Assembly: GCA_029553375.1 (NCBI GenBank)
Contig: JAKPCH010000069.1
Coordinates: 2,972 to 66,971 of the forward strand
From: Deltaproteobacteria bacterium
GTDB taxonomy: Bacteria > Desulfobacterota > Syntrophia > Syntrophales > UBA8958
Direction: 5' to 3'
DNA length: 64,000 nt
The position numbers were made by a program, and so were the translations under genes. Of this stretch, positions 46,918 through 58,312 are shown in pieces (within the stretch, counting starts at the first letter, position 1; each line of letters starts with the position of its first letter). The notes below the pieces were generated by a model. The model ran no database searches and had not been told where the DNA came from. It saw only the letters and a program-made list of their open reading frames with translations.

Positions 46918-46948
46918 GGGGGAAAGGAAAAAGCAAGGAGAGTCAGGA

Positions 46949-48745
46949 GTGGATAGATCCCTTCTTTCCGGCAATGAAGCCGTGGCCCGGGGGGCCTACG
47001 AGGCGGGTGCCCGTTTCGGGGCCGGTTACCCCGGCACACCCAGCACGGAGATCCTCGAGGAGTTTTCCCGCTACCCCGGCGTCTATGCCGAGTGGTCGCC
47101 CAACGAAAAGGTCGCCTTGGAGGTGGGTATCGGCGCCGCCCTGGCGGGCGCCCGCGTCCTGGTGACGATGAAACACGTGGGGGTAAACGTCGCCGCCGAT
47201 CCCCTCTTCACGGTGAGCTACACGGGGACCAACGGGGCCCTGGTCATCGTCACCGCCGACGACCCCTCCCTCCACAGTTCCCAGAACGAGCAGGACAACC
47301 GCCACTACGCCCGGTCCGCCAAGATCCCCATGCTCGAGCCGTCCGACAGCGCCGAGGCCAAGGCCTTCGTCAAGGCGGCCTTCGAGATCAGCGAGCGTTT
47401 CGACACCCCCGTCTTCCTGCGGATGACGACGAGGGTCTCCCATTCCAAGTCCGTCGTCACCCTCAACGAGCCCGTCCCCCCGCCGGAGGCGGAGGTGAAG
47501 GCCCCCGACCCCCGTAAGTACGTCATGGTCCCCGCCATGGCCCGCCTGCGCCGCCTCGAGGTGGAGCGGAGGATGGGGGAGCTGAGGGCCTTCTCCGAGA
47601 CCTTTCCCGAGAATCGCATGGAGATCAACGACACGGATGTGGGCATTATCACGGCGGGCATGCCTTACAATTACACCAAGGATGTCTTCCCCGACTATTC
47701 GTACCTGAAGCTCGGCATGGTCTATCCCCTGCCGGCAGGTCTGATCAGGGAATTCGCCCGGCGGGTGAAGAAGCTCTACGTGGTGGAGGAGCTCGACCCC
47801 TTCCTGGAGGAACAGATCCGGGCCCTGGGGATCGAGGTCACGGGGAAGGAGCTCTTCCCCTTCACCAACGAGTTCGACCCCGGTATCATCGCCCTCGCCC
47901 TGACGGGCCGGGACGCGGAAACCATCGCGCCGCCCGCCGTCGCCATCCCCCCCCGACCGCCCAACCTCTGCCCAGGTTGTCCCCACCGCGGTCTCTTCTA
48001 CGTCCTGGGGAGGATGAAGGTCTTCGTCACGGGTGACATAGGCTGTTACACCCTCTCCTTCATGAAGCCCCTCTCCGGTCTCCACTCCTGCATCTGCATG
48101 GGGGCGAGCATCGGCATGGCCCACGGGATGAGCAAGGCCGCGGGCGAGAAGGGCAGGGGGAAGGTGGTGGGCGTCATCGGTGACTCCACCTTCGTCCACT
48201 CCGGCATCACCCCCCTGTTGGACATGGCCTACAACAAGGGGGAGGCCGTCATCGTCATCTGCGACAACCGGACGACGGCCATGACGGGCATGCAGGAGCA
48301 CCCCGCCACCGGCTTCACCCTCCAGGGCGAAAAGACCAAGGAGCTCGACCTGGCCGCCCTGGCCCGCACCCTCGGTATCGACAGCGTCCGGACAATCGAT
48401 CCCTACGACATCAAGAACACCCGAGAGGTTTTGAGGGAGGAACTGGCCAGGCCCGGTTCGTCCGTCGTCATCTCCCGCCGCGCCTGCGTCCTCTTCAAAC
48501 GCCGCCCCCGGGAGGTCCTCAAGCCCCTGCGGGTGGACGTGAACAAGTGCACGGGTTGCAGGAACTGCCTCGCCCTGGGCTGCCCTCCCATCTCCTGGCG
48601 GAGCTTCCAGGACCTGCCGCCGGAGGAGGTGGTCCGGAACACGAAGAAACAGGACGGGAATGCCTATATCGACCCTGAGTTGTGCACGGGTTGCACCCTG
48701 TGCCGACAGGTATGCAAGGCGGGCGCCATCGTGGAGGTGGATTAG
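46949..48745 (+). CDS. iorA: Indolepyruvate:ferredoxin oxidoreductase, alpha subunit
   Basis: 598 aa. LSGNEAVARGAYEAG and GYPGTPSTEI form the N-terminus. A TPP-binding region (GDSTFVHSG) is present. The C-terminal 2x[4Fe-4S] motifs are CTGCRNC and CTGCTLCRQVC. Confidence 0.9.
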   Translation: MDRSLLSGNEAVARGAYEAGARFGAGYPGTPSTEILEEFSRYPGVYAEWSPNEKVALEVGIGAALAGARVLVTMKHVGVNVAADPLFTVSYTGTNGALVIVTADDPSLHSSQNEQDNRHYARSAKIPMLEPSDSAEAKAFVKAAFEISERFDTPVFLRMTTRVSHSKSVVTLNEPVPPPEAEVKAPDPRKYVMVPAMARLRRLEVERRMGELRAFSETFPENRMEINDTDVGIITAGMPYNYTKDVFPDYSYLKLGMVYPLPAGLIREFARRVKKLYVVEELDPFLEEQIRALGIEVTGKELFPFTNEFDPGIIALALTGRDAETIAPPAVAIPPRPPNLCPGCPHRGLFYVLGRMKVFVTGDIGCYTLSFMKPLSGLHSCICMGASIGMAHGMSKAAGEKGRGKVVGVIGDSTFVHSGITPLLDMAYNKGEAVIVICDNRTTAMTGMQEHPATGFTLQGEKTKELDLAALARTLGIDSVRTIDPYDIKNTREVLREELARPGSSVVISRRACVLFKRRPREVLKPLRVDVNKCTGCRNCLALGCPPISWRSFQDLPPEEVVRNTKKQDGNAYIDPELCTGCTLCRQVCKAGAIVEVD

Positions 48746-48748
48746 GAA

Positions 48749-49363
48749 ATGGCCGAAAGGAAGAAGAAAAATAGCGGTCAGGAACTTCAACAACCCGTCA
48801 GGGGGATCCTCATGGCGGGCGTCGGCGGCCAGGGTATCCTGAGGGCCAGCGATATCCTGTCCCACGCCTTCATGGCCTCGGGTCTCGACGTCAAGAAGAG
48901 CGAGGTCCACGGCATGGCCCAGCGGGGCGGGTGCGTCACCAGCCATGTCCGCTACGGGGCGAAGGTCTATTCCCCCATCGACCGCCGGGGCAATGTGGAT
49001 ATCCTCCTGGCCTTCGAACGCCTCGAGGCCCTGCGGTACCTCGACTATCTGAAGAGGGACGCGAAGGTGGTCATCAACGACCTGGCCCTGAACCCGCCGG
49101 CCGTCAACCTGGGGGAGATGGCCTATCCGAAGGACATCCTTTCCTTCTTCACCGCCACCTTCCCGGAGGTGAAGATCGTCAAGGCCTTCGAACTCGCCCG
49201 CCAGGCGGGCAATGCCCGGGCGGAGAACACCGTCCTGTTGGGGACCCTCTCCCGATGGCTCGACATCGAGATCCCCGTCTGGGAGCGGGTCATCAAGGAG
49301 GCCTTCCCCCCCCAGGCCGCCGAGGTGAACCTCCGGGCCTTCCACCTGGGCCGGGAGGCCTGA
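48749..49363 (+). CDS. iorB: Indolepyruvate:ferredoxin oxidoreductase, beta subunit
   Basis: 204 aa with ILMAGVGGQGILRASDIL and EVHGMAQRGG, typical of the IorB/gamma-type subunit. It starts 3 nt after iorA. Confidence 0.9.
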   Translation: MAERKKKNSGQELQQPVRGILMAGVGGQGILRASDILSHAFMASGLDVKKSEVHGMAQRGGCVTSHVRYGAKVYSPIDRRGNVDILLAFERLEALRYLDYLKRDAKVVINDLALNPPAVNLGEMAYPKDILSFFTATFPEVKIVKAFELARQAGNARAENTVLLGTLSRWLDIEIPVWERVIKEAFPPQAAEVNLRAFHLGREA

Positions 49364-49431
49364 GACCCCTTCATCAATCTCTATTGAACCGTAACTATAG
49401 GTTATTTAAGAGAATTCCTTTATCTGAAGTC

Positions 49432-49459
49432 TTGACAACGGGTGATTGATGGGTAAGTT
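49432..49459 (+). promoter_or_regulatory. Sigma70-like promoter candidate for the J-domain gene
   Basis: TTGACA (49432-49437), a 16-nt spacer and TAAGTT (49454-49459), in an AT-rich intergenic stretch. Confidence 0.35.
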
Positions 49460-49499
49460 ACCTTCCGAGGAAGACCTTTGGAGGTGCTGAAAGAAAATC

Positions 49500-50450
49500 A
49501 TGACAGATGATTACTATAAATTACTCGGTGTCGACAAGAAGGCCTCGGCGGAGGATATCAAGAAGGCCTACCGGAAACTGGCCTTGAAGTGGCATCCCGA
49601 CCGCAACCCGGACAACAAGGCCCAGGCGGAGGAGATGTTCAAGAAGATCAGCGAGGCCTACGCCGTCCTGAGCGATCCCGAGAAGCGGGAGCAGTATGAC
49701 CGCTTCGGCTCGACGGACCAGTTCCGCCGGGCCTACACCCAGGAAGAGATCTTCCGCAACTTCGATCTCAACGAACTCCTGAAGAGTTTCGGCTTCTCCT
49801 TCGGCGGTCGGGGGGGCTCCCGGGTCTTTACCATGGGGGGCAAGACCAGGGGTGGGCAGCAGTATTCCTTCGATCCCTTCGCCGATCTCTTCGGCGGCCC
49901 CGAAGGGGCCTACGGTCCCGCGCCCCGGCCCGGCCACGACCTCCACTACAACCTCTCCATAACCCTGGAGGAGTCCGTCTTCGGGGCGGAGAAGAAGATC
50001 GCCCTCCAGAAGGAGGACCGGGTGGACGAGATCAGCGTCAAGATCCCGCCCGGCATCAGCTCCGGGAAGAAGCTGCGCCTCTCGGGCAAGGGGGCCCCGG
50101 GCATCGACGGCGGTCCTCCTGGGGACCTCTATCTCAACATCAACATCGTCCCCCATCCCATCTTCGCCCGGGACGGGAACGACATCTATGTGGAGAAGAC
50201 CATCACCTTCAGTCAGGCCGCCCTGGGGACCGTCATCGACGTGCCCACCATCGACGGTTCCGTGAAGAGGATCAAGGTCCCCCCGGGGACCCAGAACGGG
50301 ACGAAGATCAGGATGAAGGGCTACGGCGTCCCCGCCTTGAAGGGCCAGCTCAAAGGGGACCAGTACGTCCGGATCAACGTGGAGGTCCCCCGGCGCCTCA
50401 CGGAGCGTCAGGCGAAGCTCATCCGCCAGCTCCAAGAGGAAGGCCTCTGA
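49500..50450 (+). CDS. cbpA: DnaJ-class co-chaperone lacking the Zn-finger (CbpA-like)
   Basis: J domain with DYYKLLGV and HPDRNP. A G/F-rich linker follows, then the two C-terminal beta domains. There is no CxxCxGxG repeat. Confidence 0.8.
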   Translation: MTDDYYKLLGVDKKASAEDIKKAYRKLALKWHPDRNPDNKAQAEEMFKKISEAYAVLSDPEKREQYDRFGSTDQFRRAYTQEEIFRNFDLNELLKSFGFSFGGRGGSRVFTMGGKTRGGQQYSFDPFADLFGGPEGAYGPAPRPGHDLHYNLSITLEESVFGAEKKIALQKEDRVDEISVKIPPGISSGKKLRLSGKGAPGIDGGPPGDLYLNINIVPHPIFARDGNDIYVEKTITFSQAALGTVIDVPTIDGSVKRIKVPPGTQNGTKIRMKGYGVPALKGQLKGDQYVRINVEVPRRLTERQAKLIRQLQEEGL

Positions 50451-50490
50451 GGCCCCTCAATAATTGTCGCATAAGATATGTTATGTAAAC

Positions 50491-51225
50491 TTATTGACGG
50501 AGGACCACGTCTCCCCAGACCCCCAGGGTCTCTCCGATGACAATCACGGCCCCCGTCACGCCCTTTATCCCCTGAGCCAGCCCCAGGGCCCCCCTGACAT
50601 CCCGGGGTGATTGGACGACGTTGCCCACGGCCGAGGCGGCGGCGTCCGCCAGGGCCGCCGACGGCGATAGGATGCAGACGGCGTCGGCCTTCCCGAAGCT
50701 GACGGACGGCCCGACGGTGGCCGAGGATGTGCAGACCCCGAGGGGCATCCGATCGGGTTCGATGTCGATGGCCACCCTGCCGCTCAGGGGGGATTTACCG
50801 GCGAAGATCCCCACCGTGACGCCGCGGCGGCAGTCGATATAGATATCTCCCCCGTTCTCCACGATGACCTCCTCCGCCTCCATACGGAGGTCCCGGCCGA
50901 CAAACTCGGCCACGGCCCCCGCCACGGACGCCATGGGCCCGACACCGGCGGCGGCGGCCGCCTTCATCATCACCCTTGCGATCTCCGGCGCCAGGGGGTC
51001 GAAGGGCACAGGGGTAAAGGAGGTCAGGAAATCTCTGTGAAGGGCGATATAGGATTCCAGGTGCCGCCGGTGGAAGAGGATCGCGTCGAGGGCCCTCTGC
51101 CTCAGGTCCCGGGAGGCGGCGACGAAGAGGTCCGTTTCTTTGACCCGGGTCTCGAAGGTGAAGAGGCCCTCGGGGGCCGTCAGGCGCCGGTAGGTCCGCT
51201 CTTTGTAGTCAGCGCTGAGGTCCAT
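50491..51225 (-). CDS. UPF0280 family protein (ApbE-like fold)
   Basis: ORF 50491..51360 trimmed to ATG 51225 (MDLSADYKERTY). GPMASVAGAVAEFVG and VENGGDIY are present. Its start overlaps the dnaE 3' end by 17 nt. Confidence 0.65.
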   Translation of the reverse strand: MDLSADYKERTYRRLTAPEGLFTFETRVKETDLFVAASRDLRQRALDAILFHRRHLESYIALHRDFLTSFTPVPFDPLAPEIARVMMKAAAAAGVGPMASVAGAVAEFVGRDLRMEAEEVIVENGGDIYIDCRRGVTVGIFAGKSPLSGRVAIDIEPDRMPLGVCTSSATVGPSVSFGKADAVCILSPSAALADAAASAVGNVVQSPRDVRGALGLAQGIKGVTGAVIVIGETLGVWGDVVLRQ

Positions 51226-54200
51226 CGAGACGGGCCGTGAGACGTCCGAAGCGCCCCGCCGCGAGGTGCCTCTCCACGACATCGTGAGGGAAGCGGACAT
51301 CGGCGCCGAGGTGGATGATGGTCTCGGTTGTCCCGTTGAGGAGATGGATGTAACCTTCAAGTAGTCCTTCGGAAGAGTCGGATAATTCCTTAATATAATT
51401 TAGCAATTCATCGGTGACATCCCCTGATTCGAGGTAGAAGCGGACGGCCCCGTGGGTCCCGTTTCTCACGTAGGCGGCGAGGAGCTGCACCTCATTGGCC
51501 TTGACCCGCACCTTCCTCCTCACGCTCTTCTCAATGTCGACGTCCTCGGAGACCTCGACGGTGCCCTTCACCACCAGGGGTTCCTCGCCGTGGAGGAGGT
51601 CGTAGTACCGTCGGTAGATCTCGGGCAAGAAGATCATCTCCACGGATCCATGGAGGTCCTCAAGGGCCACGTGGGCCATCGTCTCCTTCTTCTTCGTGGT
51701 CTTCTCCAGGATCTCGCCGACGACGCCGGCGATCACCAGGGTCTCCTTGTCCGCCATCAGTTCCCCCACCCGGGAGGTGTCGGTCGTCGTGATGAAGGGC
51801 AGGACGTCCAGCCAACGCTGCAGGGGATGGCTGGTGATGTAGAATCTGATGGTTTCCTTCTCGAAGGACAAAAGTTCCCCGTGCTCCCACTCCGTCAGGG
51901 GGGGGATGTCACCGGCGCCGTTGACGCCCCCCTCAATGCCCCCGAGATCGTCGAAGATGGAGGCCTGGAGACTCATCCTCTCCGCCCGCCGTCGGGGCGA
52001 GGAGTCGAGGAACTTCTCGTAGACCGCCATGAGGGAGCGGCGCGTGTAGCCCAGGGAGTCGAAGGCCCCGCACTTGATGAGACTCTCCAGGACCCGCTTG
52101 TTAACCTTGCGGAGATCGACACGGCGGCAGAAGTCCTCGAAACTCTTGAACGGCCCCCCTTCCCTTCTCACGGCGATGATCTGTTCCACCGCCCCTTCCC
52201 CCACGTTTTTCACGGCGGCCAGACCGAAGCGGATCGCCCCCCCGCTCACGGAAAAGTCGCTTTGGGACAGGTTGATGTCCGGCGGCAGGACCTTGATGCC
52301 CATGTCCCGGCAGGAGCTGATGTGGCGGATGAACTTGTCGCGGTTGTCCTTTTCGCTCGTCAGGAGGGCCGCCATGAATTCCACGGGGTAATGGGCCTTC
52401 AGGTAGGCCGTCTGATAGGAGATCATGGCGTAGGCCGTGCTGTGGGACTTGTTGAAACCATATTCGGCGAAGGTCTCCATCTGTTCCCAGATCTTGAGGG
52501 CCGTCGCCTCGGGGACGCGTTTCTTCCTCGCCCCCGCCAGGAACTTCGGTTTCTCCCGCTCCATCTCCTCCGTCTTCTTCTTGCTCATCACCTTCCGGAG
52601 GGTGTCCGCCTCGGCCATGGAGTAGTCGCCGACGAGGCCGGCGATCTGCATGACCTGTTCCTGGTACAGGATGACGCCATAAGTCTCCTTCAGGATCTCC
52701 TCCAGCTCCGGGATCTCGTAGTGGATCGGCGTCTTGCCCGCCTTGCGGGCGATGAAGTCGGGGACCATCTTCATGGGGCCGGGCCGGTAGAGGGCGATGA
52801 GGGCGATGAGGTCCCCGATGCAGTCGGGCTTCATGCCCACGAGGATATCCTTCATCCCCGAGCTCTCGAGCTGGAAGACCCCGTCCGTCTCCCCCCGCTG
52901 GAGGAGCTCGTAGGTCTTCTTGTCGTCCAGGGGGAGGGTGTCCATGTCGATGTTGATCCCCCGTTCCTCACGCAGGAACCTGAGGGTCTTGTTGATGACC
53001 GTCAGGGTCTTGAGGCCGAGGAAGTCGAATTTCGTCAGACCCACCGTCTGGAGGTCGTTCATGGAGAACTGGGTCACGACGTCGCCCTTGGGGCTCTTGC
53101 ACAGGGGGACCCTCTCGACGAGGGGGACGTCGGAGATGACGACGCCCGCCGCGTGGGTGGAGGAGTGACGGTTGAGACCTTCCAGGGCCCGTGAGTAACC
53201 GATGAGTTTGGCGATCTTCTCGTTCTTCGCCGCCTCTTCCCGCAGGCGCGGTTCCGCCTCCAGGGCCTCGTCGATCTTGATGTCGAGCTTGTTGGGCACC
53301 AGCTTGGCGATGGCGTCCACCTCGTTGTACGGCAGTCCCATGGCCCGCCCCACGTCCCTGATGACGGCCCGGGCCTGCATCTTACCGAAGGTGATGATCT
53401 GGGCCACACGATCCGTTCCGTATTTGTCGGTGACGTAACGGATCACCTCCTCCCGCCCTTCCTGGCAGAAGTCGATGTCGATATCGGGCATGCTGACCCG
53501 ATCCGGGTTGAGGAAGCGCTCGAAGAAGAGGCCGTATCTGATGGGGTCGATATTCGTGATCCCCGTGGCGTAGGCGACGATGCTCCCCGCCGCCGATCCC
53601 CTCCCGGGTCCGACGGGTATCCCCCTGCCCTTGGCGTAGTTGACGAAATCGGCGACGATGAGGAAGTACCCCGAGAACCCCATCTCCTTGATGATCCTCA
53701 ACTCCTCCTCGAGCCTCTTCTCGTAGCGCTCCCTCACCTTCGGCCCCCGGGCCGCCTCGATGGCGGGCAGGAGGCGCGCCAGCCCCTCCCGGGCCTTTGT
53801 CTCCAGCTCCTCGTCGAGGGTCTTGCCGTTTTCCAACCGGAAGTGGGGGAGGTAGTAATGGCCGAATTCCATGGTGAGGTTGCACCGCTCGGCGATGTGA
53901 ACGGTGTTCCTCAGGGCCTCGGGGCAGTAGGAGAAGCGCTCCTCCATCTCCTGGGGGGAGCGGAGGTAGAACTGGTCCGTCGTGAAACGCATCCGGTCGC
54001 CGTCGTTGACGGTCTTGCCCGTCTGGATGCACAGGAGGATCTCGTGGGCCTCGGCGTCGCCGGGGCCGAGATAGTGGCAGTCGTTGGTCGCGACTAGGGG
54101 GATGCCCGTGCGGCGGCTGATCTCGATGAGGGCCTCGTTGACCGTCTTCTGGTCGGGGAGGTCGTTTTCCATGATCTCGAGGAAGAAGTTGTCCGCCCCG

Positions 54201-54705
54201 AAGATCTCGCGGTAGGAAAGGGCGCAGGCCAAGGCGGCCTCTTTTTCACCCTTGAGGATCAGGTCGGGGATCTCGCCGTGGAGGCAGGCGCTCATGCCGA
54301 TGAGGCCCCCGGCGCATTGGCCGAGGATCTCCCGGTCTACCCGGGGCCGGTAGTAGAAGCCTTCCAGGAAACCGACCGTCGTGAGACGCATGAGGTTCCT
54401 GTAACCCTCCTGGTTCCTGGCGAGGACGACGAGGTGGCGCGCCGCCTCGCCGATGGCCGCGCCGTTCCTCTCCGTCCGCTTCCCCGGGGCGACGTAGAGC
54501 TCGCAACCGATGATGGGTTTGATACCCGCCTTGAGGGCCTGCTGGTAAAAGTCCACGGCCCCGTAGATGTTCCCGTGGTCCGTGACGGCCAGGGCGGGCA
54601 TCCGGTACTGCTTCGCCTTCTTGAAGAGGTCCTGGAGGCGGATCATGCCGTCCAGGAGGCTGTACTGGGTGTGGAGGTGGAGATGGACGAAGTCGGCGTG
54701 CTTCA

Positions 54706-54706
<1 letters not shown>
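51209..54706 (-). CDS. dnaE: DNA polymerase III alpha subunit
   Basis: 1165 aa. The PHP domain begins FVHLHLHTQYSLLDG. Polymerase core motifs include PDIDIDF, and an OB-fold C-terminus is present. Confidence 0.95.
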
Positions 54707-56642
<1,936 letters not shown>

Positions 56643-56646
56643 ATCG

Positions 56647-57096
56647 TTAGAAATTCCTCTTGCTGTCCAGGAGGATCGTGACGGGGCCGTCGTTCATCAC
56701 CTCGATGGTCATCATCGCCTGGAACTCCCCCGCGGCGACGCCGCGGACCCTCTCGGCGGCCCTGGCGATGAAATACTCATAGAGACCCTTGGCGACCCCG
56801 GGTTCCTCCGCCTGGTAGAATGAGGGGCGGCGCCCCTTGCGGCAGTCCCCCAGGAGGGTGAACTGGGAGATGACCATCATCTCCCCACCCGTGTCGACGA
56901 GGGAGAGGTTCATCTTGCCCGCCTCGTCCTCGAAGATCCGGAGGTTGACGATCTTGTCGAGGAGGTAGTCCGCCTCCGCCTCGGAGTCTCCCCTCTCGAC
57001 GCCGAGAAAGACGACGACGCCCCTTCCCGTCTCCGAGACGAGACGCCCGGCCACCTCGACCTTTGCCCTGTGGATCCTCTGTACGACGGCCCTCAT
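56647..57096 (-). CDS. dtd: D-aminoacyl-tRNA deacylase
   Basis: ORF 56647..57141 trimmed to ATG 57096 (MRAVVQRI). SQFTLLGD and GRRPSF are typical Dtd motifs. Confidence 0.9.
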   Translation of the reverse strand: MRAVVQRIHRAKVEVAGRLVSETGRGVVVFLGVERGDSEAEADYLLDKIVNLRIFEDEAGKMNLSLVDTGGEMMVISQFTLLGDCRKGRRPSFYQAEEPGVAKGLYEYFIARAAERVRGVAAGEFQAMMTIEVMNDGPVTILLDSKRNF

Positions 57097-57164
57097 AAGG
57101 CCCGAACCCTCCCCGTTCAGGAGGCGGCATGCTACCAACAAACGCCGGGCCGTTCAAGTCTTTT

Positions 57165-58145
57165 CTATTGGGCCTCCAGGCTTAAAAGCTCCGTCAGGGA
57201 CACGGAGAGGATCTCCGTGGGGACCCGCTCCCTTGTCCCCTCCGGTAGGTCCATGTCCATGACCCGGCAGAAGTAACGCGCCACGAAGACCTCCCCTCCC
57301 GGTCCCGGCGTCTTGAGGCCGTAGGGGAGGCGATCCCTCAGATGTCTCGGCAGGCGGCCGATGACACCCCGAGTGGCGAGGATCCGCCCGTCCTTGCCGC
57401 AGGCGGCGATCCCTTCGGCCCGCGTGAGGGTCTCCCCCGGGGCGAGGGTCGGCATCGCCCCGGGGACGGCGGGCCTTCGGCACCACTCCTCCCCCGCCTC
57501 GACACCCATATTCAGGGCCAGGGTCAGGCCCCAGGCCTTACGGGTCCGCCAAAACCCGTCCAGATCCTTCATCCTTTCCTTTATTTCCAAGGCACAATTA
57601 ATTGTTCTTTCAATATAATTTCCCCTCTGCGCCTCCGTGAACAGGGCCGCCGCCCCGGTGGTGGTCAGGTAGAGACAGGTACCTTCGTGGCGGGCGAAGG
57701 ACCCCGCGAGGATTCCCTCCAGATCGTGCGTGAGGGCGATGATCTCCTCCGCCGGGAGGGCCGCGCGGACCCGTTCCCCCTCCTGGAGGCGTGCCGCCAG
57801 GACACAGACGGGTATCGGACCCTCCGGCGAGCATCCCTTCTCGGTGCCCAGCTCCCCTACCGTCTTTTCCCGCCTGACTGCAGGGGTCGGCACGGTACTC
57901 GCCAGGTGGGCGGCGATCTCCTCCATCGTCAGACCCGCCCCTTTGAGGGCCTTGATCTCTCCGAGGCGGTCCAAGACCCAGGCGGGGAAATACCCCACCT
58001 TCGTCGCCCTGATTTTCTCCCCCGGCGCCGGGCGCCCCACCCGGGGCGGGGGGAGGAAACCCCTCTTGATGTAATTGTTGAGGGTGGCGCGGGACAGGCC
58101 CGTTTGCCTTAAAATCTCGACGCTGCTGATCTCCCCTTCGACCAC
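57165..58145 (-). CDS. MerR-type HTH regulator fused to a degenerate class III nucleotidyl-cyclase-like domain
   Basis: GTG start at 58145. The N-terminus ISSVEILRQTGLSRATLNNYIKRGFL...GYFPAWVLDRLGEIKALKGAGLTMEEIAAHL looks like a MerR HTH. The C-terminal roughly 220 aa follow the cyclase-homology-domain pattern. The two metal-binding Asp positions read VCVLAARLQEG and YLTTTGAAALF, so neither has Asp. Confidence 0.7.
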   Translation of the reverse strand: MVEGEISSVEILRQTGLSRATLNNYIKRGFLPPPRVGRPAPGEKIRATKVGYFPAWVLDRLGEIKALKGAGLTMEEIAAHLASTVPTPAVRREKTVGELGTEKGCSPEGPIPVCVLAARLQEGERVRAALPAEEIIALTHDLEGILAGSFARHEGTCLYLTTTGAAALFTEAQRGNYIERTINCALEIKERMKDLDGFWRTRKAWGLTLALNMGVEAGEEWCRRPAVPGAMPTLAPGETLTRAEGIAACGKDGRILATRGVIGRLPRHLRDRLPYGLKTPGPGGEVFVARYFCRVMDMDLPEGTRERVPTEILSVSLTELLSLEAQ

Positions 58146-58174
58146 ATTTCACCCCCGTCTCTTTCTGGGGAGGG

Positions 58175-58264
58175 AGGATAACTTTTTATACTGTATATGT
58201 CAATGGTCTTTATACTGTCTACATTTTTTTAGATTACAAGTTGTTATACAGTATAAGCTAAAGT
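58175..58264. promoter_or_regulatory. Divergent promoter region with three copies of a TATACNGT(ATA) dyad
   Basis: TATACTGTATA at 58187-58197, half-site TATACTGT at 58211-58218 and TATACAGTATA at 58245-58255. Minus-strand promoter: TTGACA (58203-58198), 17 nt, TATCCT (58180-58175), with dyad 1 filling the spacer. Plus-strand promoter: TTACAA (58234-58239), 19 nt, TAAAGT (58259-58264), with dyad 3 in the spacer. Confidence 0.5.
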
Positions 58265-58312
58265 ATCGTTTGATGACTTAACAAAAGGCGCCGGATCTGG
58301 TATCGCCCCTTC

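Noticed and set aside
46943-49345. 800-aa minus-strand ORF opposite iorA/iorB
   Set aside because: It is antisense to clear TPP and ferredoxin-motif genes. The composition is a GC-frame artefact.
58187-58197. Resemblance of TATACTGTATA to the E. coli-type LexA SOS box (CTGT-N8-ACAG)
   Set aside because: No ACAG lies 8 nt after the CTGT. The dyad is TATAC-N-GTATA, and no SOS genes flank it.
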